DNA of 29,147 nucleotides, taken from positions 166,648-195,794 of the forward strand of contig JAZKFH010000027.1 of the NCBI GenBank assembly GCA_040386535.1, in the 5' to 3' direction. The notes under the pieces were generated by a model, which saw only the letters and a list, made by a program, of their open reading frames with translations, was not told the DNA's origin and ran no database searches. Below, in pieces: positions 1 to 13,264 of this stretch. Every line of letters starts with the position of its first letter. Position 1 is the first letter of the stretch. A program made the position numbers and the translations under genes. This stretch comes from Myxococcota bacterium (GTDB taxonomy: Bacteria; Myxococcota_A; UBA796; SXON01).

Positions 1-54
1 TGGCGCGTGCGCGGTCGTCGCCCGGCTCACCCCCCCGCCCGATTAAGCGCCCCC

Positions 55-1599
55 ATGCCCATCGCCGCCACGCCCATCGCCCCCACCCCGACCCCCGACG
101 CCATCGCCACGCTCGCCCTCGCGCACCTCGAGCGGGTGGTCGCGATCGACAGCCAGAGCGACGAGGCCTCCACCACGTTGCCGACCACGGAGGGGCAGCG
201 TCACCTCGCGGATTACGTCGCCCGCTTCTACGAGGGGCTCGGCGCCACGGTCGAGCGCGACGCGTTCGCCAACGTGCTCGCGTGGTTTCCGGGGCGCGGC
301 GCGCTCGCGGACAAGGCGCCGGTCGCGTTCCTCGTGCACCTCGACACCGCGCGCGGCACCCGGGCCGTGCCCTCGCTGCACGTCGTGCCGAAGTGGAGCG
401 GGGCGCGCGTGCCCTTCCCGAAGAACAAGGCCATCCAGGTCGACATCGCCACCTACCCCGAGGCCGCGGTGTTCCTCGGGCAGGACCTGGTGCACGGCCC
501 GGGGGATGCGCCGTTCGGCCTCGACGACAAGCTCGGGCTCGCCGAGTGCCTCGCCACCGCGGAATTGCTCGCGGGCCAGCCCGACGTACCCCATCCGCCG
601 CTGGTGTTCGTGGCCCGCCCCGACGAGGAGGTGGGCCGCCACGAGGCCGTCGTCGCGCTCGCCGCCACCTTCGCGCAGCGAGGCGTGCGCTTCGGCTACA
701 CGGTGGACGGCGTCCTCCCGTTCGAGGTGAACGTGGAGAACTTCAACGCGGCCCAGGTGAGCGTGACGTTCCCGAGCCGGCGCTACCACGACATGCCCGG
801 GGTGGGCGTCGTGGCGCGGATCGGCGGGGTCAACACGCACGGCGCCACCGCGAAGGCCGAGGGCCACCGCGCGGCCCCCCGCCTCGCCGCCGAGTGGCTC
901 GCCGCCGTCGATCCCGCGGACGCCGCGTTCACGGGGTTCGTCTCCAACGCCGTGCGCGACTGCGATGCGCTGGTACACGTGCGCGTCAACCCGGGCGCCG
1001 GCGAGCGGGTGCGGGCCGCGCTCGAAGACGTGATGGCGCCGCACCTGCCGCGGGGCGCCTCGTGGTCGCTCTCCACGGGGGATGGCCCGGATGACGCGGC
1101 GGCCGAGGATCTGCTGGGGTGGATCACCCGCTTCTACGCCTCGGCGCCGGGGTTCACGCTCGCGTGCGAAGACTCGGCCGGTCGCGACGGCTACTCGCAT
1201 CCGTATCGGGCGCGCCCGAGTGACGACGGCCTGCGCCTGGACGTGCGGCTGCGAGACTTCGATCCGGACGGCCTCTTGCGTCGTATCGCGCACGTGATCG
1301 AGCTCGCCGGCGACCTCCCCGTCGAGGTGCACCACCAGTACGTCAACATGGGCCCGCGCCTCGCCCCTTTCCCCGAGCTCGTGGCGTACGCGCGGGCGGC
1401 CGCGGAGGCGGTCGGTGCGCCCATCGTCGTGGCCCCGATTCGTGGCGGCACCGGAGTCGACCCGTTCCTCGACGCGGGCGTGCCGGTGGCGAACCTCGGC
1501 ACCGGCTACTTCGCGCCCGAGAGTGAGAAGGAGCTGACCTCCCGCCAGACGATGGCCCAGCATGTCGGCTGGTTGTTCGCGCTCGTGCAGCTGCTCTGA
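55..1599 (+). CDS. pepT: Peptidase T-like M20/M25/M40 family metallopeptidase (tripeptide aminopeptidase-like)
   Basis: PepT-like motifs IDSQSD..P.T.GQ, HLDT, GLDDKLG, PDEEVG, YTVDG, ENFNAA, HGATAK and PIRGGT. ATG at 55 chosen over GTG at 7. Confidence 0.75.
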   Translation: MPIAATPIAPTPTPDAIATLALAHLERVVAIDSQSDEASTTLPTTEGQRHLADYVARFYEGLGATVERDAFANVLAWFPGRGALADKAPVAFLVHLDTARGTRAVPSLHVVPKWSGARVPFPKNKAIQVDIATYPEAAVFLGQDLVHGPGDAPFGLDDKLGLAECLATAELLAGQPDVPHPPLVFVARPDEEVGRHEAVVALAATFAQRGVRFGYTVDGVLPFEVNVENFNAAQVSVTFPSRRYHDMPGVGVVARIGGVNTHGATAKAEGHRAAPRLAAEWLAAVDPADAAFTGFVSNAVRDCDALVHVRVNPGAGERVRAALEDVMAPHLPRGASWSLSTGDGPDDAAAEDLLGWITRFYASAPGFTLACEDSAGRDGYSHPYRARPSDDGLRLDVRLRDFDPDGLLRRIAHVIELAGDLPVEVHHQYVNMGPRLAPFPELVAYARAAAEAVGAPIVVAPIRGGTGVDPFLDAGVPVANLGTGYFAPESEKELTSRQTMAQHVGWLFALVQLL

Positions 1600-1681
1600 T
1601 CGGACGCCGGGCGGCTTGGCTCGCGGCGGAGCGTGGATCCTTCTCGTGACGAACGGTGCGCGGCGCGGCTACGTTGGTGAG

Positions 1682-2893
<1,212 letters not shown>

Positions 2894-2916
2894 CCGAGTA
2901 GCGCGGAGCGCCGCGG

Positions 2917-6456
<3,540 letters not shown>

Positions 6457-6461
6457 GGTTC

Positions 6462-8252
6462 TCAGCGACCGAGGAAGAGGGAGGCGGAGCCCGAGCTGTT
6501 TCCACCCGGATCATCGCAGGGGGAGCCGACCAGGAAGTCGGCGAAATCGTCGCCGTTCGTGTCGCCGGCGGCCGCGACGGCGTAGCCGGCGAAAGCGTTC
6601 ACGCCGTTGCCGAAGAAGGTTTCGTCCGCTCGGTCGAGCCGCACGGTGCCGGTGACGGGCCCGTACACGAGGAAGGCAGCACCTCTCAAGTCGCCGTCGT
6701 CGCTGGTCACGGGGGCCCCGAAGAGGAGGTCGTCGGTCCCGTCCCCGTCCACGTCGCCCGCGCCCGCTATGGCCTCGCCAACCTCCTCGATCCCCTCGTC
6801 CCGATCGCCGTTGAACACCGCATCGGCGGTGTCCGCCAGCGCCCAGACGCCGCGGGGCGCGCCGAGAACGAGGTAGGCGACCCCGCCGGTCCGTGGCGGC
6901 GTGGTGCCCGCCAGGATGTCGTCCAGGCCGTCCCCGTCGATGTCGCCCGCGACGTCGACCGCGCTGGCGGCCCCGGTGAGCATCGCGTCGGCGGCCGAGA
7001 GGTCGATCCGGCCGCCGAGCGGCCCGTAGAGCACGTACACCACGCCGCGGCCGGAGGCGGCCACGAGCACGTCCGCGACACCGTCCCCGTTGATGTCCGA
7101 GGCGACCGCCAGCCCGCTGCCGGCCCAGTCCGCGTCATCCTCTCCCACCAGGGTCGTCGTCGCGGTTGGCAGAGAATGGGTGCCCGTGAGGGGCCCGGAT
7201 GCCACGTAGACGGCGCCCGACGAGTCTCCCCCCTCTGCCGACTTCGGGGCGCCCACCACGAAGTCGTCCAGACCGTCGCCGTCGAGGTCCTCGCCGCCGG
7301 CCACGGCCGCGCCCGCCCTGTCGAGCGTGGTGCCTCCTGACCACGTGGCGTCGGCGTCCGTCGGGCCGAGGGGCCCGGTGATCGGGCCGTGGAGGAGGTA
7401 GGCCGCGCCCGCGTCCGCCGCGTCGCCCGTGATGGCCCCGATCAGGACGTCGGCGAAGCCGTCCCCGTTCACGTCCCCCGCTGACGCAAGGGACAGACCC
7501 GCGTACTGGTGCCAGGCCTCCAGGGTGAACACGGCCTCGGCCGACGCGAGGCTCACCGTGCCTTCTACGGGGCCCCGCACGAGGTAGGTGGTGCCGAAGG
7601 TGCCCGCACGGAAGGTCTCGGCCATATGTGGCGCGCCGATGAGCAGATCGTCGTACCCGTCCGCGTCCACGTCCCCCGCGCCGGCCACCTCCCAGCCCGT
7701 GAAGTCGTCCGGCGCCACGCCCGTGAGGGTCGCGTCCGCGTCCGCCACGCCTGCCGTCCCGCGGACGCAGTCATACTCCACGCCGTTCCCCCACGCGAGG
7801 TCGACGGCGCCCGGGTAGACCGTGAGGTTTTCATCGTCGCAGTCGTCGTTGTTGTCGGCGGACCACGAGTGGTACGGCTCGCAGAAGCACTCTTTCGAGG
7901 TCGTGCCGTAGGTGTCGCCGTCCTCGTCCCGGTACCACCAGGTGCACCCGACGGCGTCCTGCTCGTTCGTGTCGCCGTCGCAGTCGTCGTCGCCGGGGGT
8001 CTCGCAGGACTCGACGGCGTCGGGGTGCACGGTGGCATCGGCGTCATCGCAGTCGGTCGCGCCCGCCACCTCGCCCGCGCGCGCCGCGCAGCCCCCGCGC
8101 CCTCCGTCCGCATCCCCGAAGCCGTCGCCGTCGGCGTCCAGGGCCCAGACGACCGGCTCGCACGGGACGACGGTGTCCGTGTCGGCCGGGGCGGGCTCGT
8201 CGGCGGGGCCGGAGCAGGCGGCGAGGAGGAGCAGGAGCGGGAAGCGCGTCAC
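6462..8252 (-). CDS. Lipoprotein with 2 MopE-type repeats and a 7-bladed FG-GAP propeller
   Basis: Same signal peptide as the 2917-6456 gene; seven FG-GAP Ca-binding motifs; GTG start directly abuts the stop of the upstream gene. Confidence 0.88.
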   Translation of the reverse strand: MTRFPLLLLLAACSGPADEPAPADTDTVVPCEPVVWALDADGDGFGDADGGRGGCAARAGEVAGATDCDDADATVHPDAVESCETPGDDDCDGDTNEQDAVGCTWWYRDEDGDTYGTTSKECFCEPYHSWSADNNDDCDDENLTVYPGAVDLAWGNGVEYDCVRGTAGVADADATLTGVAPDDFTGWEVAGAGDVDADGYDDLLIGAPHMAETFRAGTFGTTYLVRGPVEGTVSLASAEAVFTLEAWHQYAGLSLASAGDVNGDGFADVLIGAITGDAADAGAAYLLHGPITGPLGPTDADATWSGGTTLDRAGAAVAGGEDLDGDGLDDFVVGAPKSAEGGDSSGAVYVASGPLTGTHSLPTATTTLVGEDDADWAGSGLAVASDINGDGVADVLVAASGRGVVYVLYGPLGGRIDLSAADAMLTGAASAVDVAGDIDGDGLDDILAGTTPPRTGGVAYLVLGAPRGVWALADTADAVFNGDRDEGIEEVGEAIAGAGDVDGDGTDDLLFGAPVTSDDGDLRGAAFLVYGPVTGTVRLDRADETFFGNGVNAFAGYAVAAAGDTNGDDFADFLVGSPCDDPGGNSSGSASLFLGR

Positions 8253-11200
8253 TCAGCGGCCCAGGAGGAGGGCGGCGGCGCCCGCGTTGTCGGCCGCGCC
8301 GTCGTGGTTCTGCACGCCGACGACGAAGTCGGCGAAGCCGTCGGCGTTGGTGTCTCCGGCGGCGGCGACACTCCGGGCGGCGACATCGCCGGAGGCGCCC
8401 GCGAACGTGCCGTCCGCGTCGGCGGGGCTCCGCGTGCCCGTCATCGGGCCGAACACGAGGTAGGCCGCGCCCATCCGGCCCGTGTCGTAGGCGTAGTTGC
8501 CGAAGAGCAGGTCCCCGTTGCCGTCCCCGTTCACGTCGCCCACACCCGCCACGGTGCTGCCGACCTTGTCGATCGCCGCGACGCCCTCGAAGATCGCGTC
8601 GGCGTCGGCGAGCGAGTAGGCCCCGACCGGGGCCCCGAGCACGAGGTAGGCGGCCCCGCCCGTCCGCGCGTCGTCGGCGCCGACGAGGATGTCGTCCAGC
8701 CCGTCGCCGTCCAGATCGCCCGGGGCGTCGATCGCCTCGCCGGCGTTGTCGAGGTCGGCCTCTCCGACGAGCTTGGCGTCCGCGAGCGACAGGTCGATCG
8801 AGCCGGACACCGGCCCGTAGAGCACGTACACGGCGCCGGACGCGGCACCCACGTCGTCGTCTCCCAGGGCGCCGACGAGCAGGTCCGCGACGCCGTCTCC
8901 GTCGATGTCCGAGGCGACGGCCCCGGCGCCGCCCGCCTCGTCGGCGGCGTCCTCGCCGACCAGGATCGCGGTGGCGCTCGCGAGCGCGTTCGTTCCGGTG
9001 AGGAGCCCCGACACCACGTACGCGGCGCCGGACTCGCGCCCGCCCGCGTCCGAGCCGGAGGCGCCGACGAGGACGTCGTCCAGGCCGTCCCCGTCGAGGT
9101 CCGCGCCGCCGTCCAGGCTGTCGCCCGCGAGGTCGTCGGTGAAGCGGCCGGTCCAGATCGCGTCCGCTTCGGCGAGGTCGTAGGCGCCGGTCAGGGGCCC
9201 GCGCAGCAGGTAGACCGTGCCCGTCGTCTCGCTCCCGGCGAACGGGGCGGTCACGAGGACATCGCCGAACCCGTCGCCGTCCACGTCGCCCGCCGCCGCC
9301 AGGGTGGTGCCCGCCTCGTCGCCCACGGCCTCCCCGGCGAACACGGCCTCGGCCGAGGCGAGGCTCGACGTGCCGAAGACGGGCCCACGCACGAGGTAGG
9401 CGAGGCCGGCGGAGAGCCCGGTGCGGTCGGCGTCGGGCGCGCCGATCAGCAGGTCGTCGTACCCGTCGGCGTCCACGTCGCCCGCGCCGGACACCGTGTA
9501 GCCGGCCTGGTCGAGCGTGGTCTCGCCGAGCAGGATCGCGTCCGACGCGGCGAGGGCGACGACGTCGATCGCGTCGTCACAGTCGTCGTCCACGCCGTTG
9601 CCCCACGCCTCTTCGGCGAAGGGGGAGGTGGCCGCGTCGCCGTCGTCACAGTCGTCGCGGTTGTCCGCCGTCAGGAGTCCCTCGGGCTCGCAGTAGCAGG
9701 CGTTCGTGGTCGAGCCGTAGCCGTCCCCGTCATCGTCCCAGTACCACCGGGTGCAGCCGGTCGCGTTGCGGTCGTTCGTGTCTCCGTCGCAGTCGTCGTC
9801 GCCGACGGTGTCGCAGGACTCGGTGGCGGCTGGGTGAACGGCGCCGTCGGCGTCGTCACAGTCGGTGGCGTTCGCCACGAAGCCGACCGGCGTGTCGCAC
9901 GCGTCCACGGACGCGGTGGCGTCCCCGTACGTGTCGCCGTCGGTGTCCGCGTACCAGGGGTAGCCGGCGTACATCGTGGGATCCGCGTCGTCGCACTCCT
10001 CGCACGCGGCGTGGCCGTCGCCGTCGGCGTCCGCGTAGCCTACGGACCCGTCGCAGTTGTAGTCGACCGGGTCGGCGCAGTCCGCCTCGGCGGCGCCGGG
10101 GTGCCGGGCGTCGTCGTCGTCGTCGCAGTCGGTGGAGGACGCGACCGTGCCGACGGGGGCCGTACACCCCGTGGTCACGATGTCCGCGCCGCCGTGGCCG
10201 TCCGCGTCGTCATCGGCGTACCAGCTCGAGGCGTCGGCGGCGTCGGGCTCGTCCACCGTGCCGTCGCAGTCGTCGTCGTCGCCGTCGCACGTCTCGACCG
10301 CGCCGGGGAACGTGGTGGCGTCGGTGTCGTCGCAGTCCGTGGCGCCCGCGACGTAGCCGGCGGGTGCGGTGCACGCGGCGCGCGGGGAGGCGGGATCGCC
10401 GTGCGTGTCGCCGTCGTCGTCGGCGTACCACGTGGACGCGCCCCCCACGGCCGCGTTGGTGTCGTCGCAGTCGCTGGGGGTGACGACCGCGCCCGGCGGC
10501 GCGTCGCAGGCGGTGGTGAGCGCGGCGCCGCCGAGCCCGTCCCCGTCGGCATCGGCGTACCACGTGGTGGCGTCCACGGGCTCCTCGTCCACCGTGCCGT
10601 CGCAGTCGTCGTCCACGTCGTCGCAGGACTCGGACGCGCCGGGGTAGGCGGTGGGGTCGGCGTCGTCACAGTCGTCCGCGTCCTCGGCGGCGTCGGCCGG
10701 CAGCACGCAAGCGAGCACGGTCTCGGTCAGGTGGCCGTGGCCGTCGCGGTCGGCGTCCACCGGCCAGGCGAGCGCGTCGGTGGCTTCGGCGTCGTCCGTG
10801 CCGCCGTCGCAGTCGTCGTCGGCGCGGTTGCACACCTCGGTCGCGCCGGGGTTGATCGCGGCGTCGCCATCGTCGCAGTCGCCCCCGTCCGCCACGCCGC
10901 GCGCGGGAGCGTCGCACGCCTCGGTGGCGAAGCCGTCCTCCCCCCAGCCGTCCCCGTCACGATCGGTGTACCAGGTGAGCCGATCGATGGCGCTCGCGCC
11001 GTCGGTGGTGCCGTCACAATCGTCGTCGATGTCGTTGCAGACCTCGGCCGCGGCCGGCGACACGTCCGCGCGCGTGTCGTCACAGTCGGAGCGGGAGGCG
11101 AGGTAGCCGGCGGGCGCCGTGCACGTGCGCACGGGGTCGACCGCGGCGCCGTACCCGTCGAGATCGGCGTCCGGGTGCCATTCGTGGGCGTCGACCGGCG

Positions 11201-11594
11201 TGTCGTCCACCACGCCGTCGCAGTCGTCGTCGACCTCGTTGCAGCGCTCGGAGGCGTCGGGGTTTCGGGCGCCGTCCGCGTCGTCACAGTCCTCGCACGC
11301 GGGGGCGCCGTCCCCGTCGAGGTCGGCGGAGCCCACCGATCCGTCGCAGTTGTTGTCGACCGGCACGGCGCAGTCTTCCACGGCGTCGGGGTGGATCGTC
11401 GCATCCGCGTCGTTGCAGTCGGTGCCGGTCGCCACGCCACGGTCGAGGTTGCAGGTGGTGAAGGACTTGGTGGCGTCCCCGTAGCCGTCCTCGTCGAGGT
11501 CACGGAAGCGCGTGACCTGCTCACAGGGCTCCTTCTCCGGTTCGATCTCGGCATCGCACGCGGCGAGCAGCAGCGGGAACAGGAACAAGCGCAC
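8253..11594 (-). CDS. Lipoprotein with about 11 MopE-type repeats and a 7-bladed FG-GAP propeller
   Basis: MRLFLFPLLLAA-C lipobox; DCDD/DDDCDG repeats; seven DxDGDG motifs. Confidence 0.88.
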   Translation of the reverse strand: MRLFLFPLLLAACDAEIEPEKEPCEQVTRFRDLDEDGYGDATKSFTTCNLDRGVATGTDCNDADATIHPDAVEDCAVPVDNNCDGSVGSADLDGDGAPACEDCDDADGARNPDASERCNEVDDDCDGVVDDTPVDAHEWHPDADLDGYGAAVDPVRTCTAPAGYLASRSDCDDTRADVSPAAAEVCNDIDDDCDGTTDGASAIDRLTWYTDRDGDGWGEDGFATEACDAPARGVADGGDCDDGDAAINPGATEVCNRADDDCDGGTDDAEATDALAWPVDADRDGHGHLTETVLACVLPADAAEDADDCDDADPTAYPGASESCDDVDDDCDGTVDEEPVDATTWYADADGDGLGGAALTTACDAPPGAVVTPSDCDDTNAAVGGASTWYADDDGDTHGDPASPRAACTAPAGYVAGATDCDDTDATTFPGAVETCDGDDDDCDGTVDEPDAADASSWYADDDADGHGGADIVTTGCTAPVGTVASSTDCDDDDDARHPGAAEADCADPVDYNCDGSVGYADADGDGHAACEECDDADPTMYAGYPWYADTDGDTYGDATASVDACDTPVGFVANATDCDDADGAVHPAATESCDTVGDDDCDGDTNDRNATGCTRWYWDDDGDGYGSTTNACYCEPEGLLTADNRDDCDDGDAATSPFAEEAWGNGVDDDCDDAIDVVALAASDAILLGETTLDQAGYTVSGAGDVDADGYDDLLIGAPDADRTGLSAGLAYLVRGPVFGTSSLASAEAVFAGEAVGDEAGTTLAAAGDVDGDGFGDVLVTAPFAGSETTGTVYLLRGPLTGAYDLAEADAIWTGRFTDDLAGDSLDGGADLDGDGLDDVLVGASGSDAGGRESGAAYVVSGLLTGTNALASATAILVGEDAADEAGGAGAVASDIDGDGVADLLVGALGDDDVGAASGAVYVLYGPVSGSIDLSLADAKLVGEADLDNAGEAIDAPGDLDGDGLDDILVGADDARTGGAAYLVLGAPVGAYSLADADAIFEGVAAIDKVGSTVAGVGDVNGDGNGDLLFGNYAYDTGRMGAAYLVFGPMTGTRSPADADGTFAGASGDVAARSVAAAGDTNADGFADFVVGVQNHDGAADNAGAAALLLGR

Positions 11595-11721
11595 GAGGGC
11601 TCCGGCGTCGGTCCGTTCCTTATGCCCCGATTTTCCGCGAGCCGCGCGCGCGGCGGGGGGATTGGGGAAGGAGCGCCGCGGGATCCGCGACAGCCGAGCG
11701 GCTCGGCGCTACACATCCAGG

Positions 11722-12210
11722 ATGCGACGAATCCTCCGGCCCGGCCTCTTCGTGACCGTGTCCGTCACGGCCGGTGTCACCACGGCCGCGTGTGCCAACC
11801 CCTTCTCCCAGGAGGAGGCGGTCGAGAACACCCACAACCCGCCGGCCCCGCTCAGGCCGATCGTGGCTACGTTCCCGACGGGCCCGGTCACCGCGCGCCA
11901 GGTGTTGAACCCGCGGGGACCCGATGGCCAACGGATCTACCGCGGCGCCGGGGACGAGTGCTACGTCGAGCTCCCGTTCCCCGAGCCGCCCACGTCCGTG
12001 CGCCCCGCGCCGCGGGAGTCGGTGGCCTGCCCGGATCCGCTCTTGTTGGACGAGGCGTGGTCCGGCTGCGTCGGCGGCACGCTCCAGGTCGACACGGTCG
12101 AGCCGCTCGCGTGCGTGTGCAACTTCTTCGGCAACCCGCCGCCGCCACCCCAGGCGAGCGTATGCCCGCGTGAGGTGGCCGGGCGGCTGAACGCGCCGAC
12201 GACGCCGTGA
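11722..12210 (+). CDS. Hypothetical Cys/Pro-rich putative lipoprotein
   Basis: MRRILRPG...VTTAA-C signal/lipobox; six further Cys; stop overlaps the next start (GTGA). Confidence 0.7.
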   Translation: MRRILRPGLFVTVSVTAGVTTAACANPFSQEEAVENTHNPPAPLRPIVATFPTGPVTARQVLNPRGPDGQRIYRGAGDECYVELPFPEPPTSVRPAPRESVACPDPLLLDEAWSGCVGGTLQVDTVEPLACVCNFFGNPPPPPQASVCPREVAGRLNAPTTP

Positions 12211-12890
12211 TCGTGGAGCCCTCGACCGAGGGTCAGGGCGTGCGCGAAGAGTGGGCGCGGCGGGTGGAGGCGGAGTACCGCTCGGCGGCGTTCTCGCAGG
12301 AGCTGGCGCTCTGGCTGCTCCAGATCGGCGCCTCGGTCGATCTCGTGCGCGAGGCCCAGGCCATCGCGGGCGAGGAGCTCGACCACGCCGAGCGCTCGAT
12401 GGACGTGCTCGTCGCGACCGGCGGCGCGGTAGGCCCCCTCGATCGCGCCACCCTCGCGATCGTTCGCACCGCGGCGCCGCTCGAGCACGATCTTCTGCGC
12501 GCGGGCGTGGAGATGTTCTGTGTCGGCGAGACCCTCGCCGTGCCGCTGTTCCGGCGGATGCTCGACGGCGCCACGGTGCCGCTCGTGCGCCGCACCCTCA
12601 CGCGCATCCTCGCGGACGAGGCGCGCCACCGCCGCTTCGGGTGGACGCTGCTGGCCGCGATGCTCGACCGGCCGGACGGCGGCGTGCTCCGAGAGGTGCT
12701 CGCCGCGGCCCTGCCCGGGATGCGGCGGCGGATCGAGGCGGCGTACGGCGGAGACGGGGGCGACAACGCGCTCTCCGCGGAGGCCCGGGCCTGGGGCCTG
12801 CTGCCACGCGCGGCCTACGGCGAGGCGTTGCGCCACACGACGGCGCGGTGGTACCGGCCGCGGTTCGCGGCGGTGGGGTTGGGCTGGTAG
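12207..12890 (+). CDS. Ferritin-like (diiron carboxylate) domain protein
   Basis: AEYRSA, EELDH, CVGETLA and DEARH give the paired E...ExxH ligand pattern. Confidence 0.8.
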   Translation: MIVEPSTEGQGVREEWARRVEAEYRSAAFSQELALWLLQIGASVDLVREAQAIAGEELDHAERSMDVLVATGGAVGPLDRATLAIVRTAAPLEHDLLRAGVEMFCVGETLAVPLFRRMLDGATVPLVRRTLTRILADEARHRRFGWTLLAAMLDRPDGGVLREVLAAALPGMRRRIEAAYGGDGGDNALSAEARAWGLLPRAAYGEALRHTTARWYRPRFAAVGLGW

Positions 12891-12978
12891 GGCCGGCTCG
12901 AGATGCCGCCTCCGCCGCCGCAGCGGCCGCGTCCGCGCGGGCCGGCTGCCCTGGGTCGGCTGCCCTGGGTCGGCTCGG

Positions 12979-13155
12979 CTACCCGCCCGCGTCCTTCTGC
13001 CGCATCGTCGTCACGCCCGCGAGGACGCCGATTCCCAGGGCGATCACCGCGCCGGCGATGATCCACTGCGGCGGGGCGCCGGCGAGGAACGCGCCGTAGG
13101 AAAGCCCGAGGATGACGATGACGAAACCGATGAGGTAGATGGCAAGCGACGACAT
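12979..13155 (-). CDS. Small membrane protein (58 aa, two TM helices)
   Basis: MSSLAIYLIGFVIVILGLSYGAFLAGAPPQWIIAGAVIALGIGVL has two hydrophobic segments and a charged tail. Confidence 0.75.
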   Translation of the reverse strand: MSSLAIYLIGFVIVILGLSYGAFLAGAPPQWIIAGAVIALGIGVLAGVTTMRQKDAGG

Positions 13156-13264
13156 CGGGCGTACCGGGTTGAGGGCAGCGTAGTCCGTTTCGATTGTGGA
13201 TGCGCTCGGGGCGCGCCCTGGCTCCGCCTTGGCCACCGGCGCGACCGCCGGGCTACCTGTCGGG

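Noticed and set aside
7509..12173. 1554-aa plus-strand ORF, and other long antisense ORFs (43-1563, 4849-6585, 18014-19831, 25025-27268)
   Set aside because: These are shadow ORFs of real genes in high-GC DNA. They have no motifs and lie opposite clearly recognisable proteins.
12943..12975. 14-bp direct duplication CGGCTGCCCTGGGT between convergent genes
   Set aside because: The copies are adjacent with nothing in between, which fits simple slippage; there is no evidence for an element or target-site duplication.
13156..13264. Cobalamin riboswitch upstream of bluB-cobT
   Set aside because: Only about 110 bp to the divergent gene, and no B12-box is recognisable.
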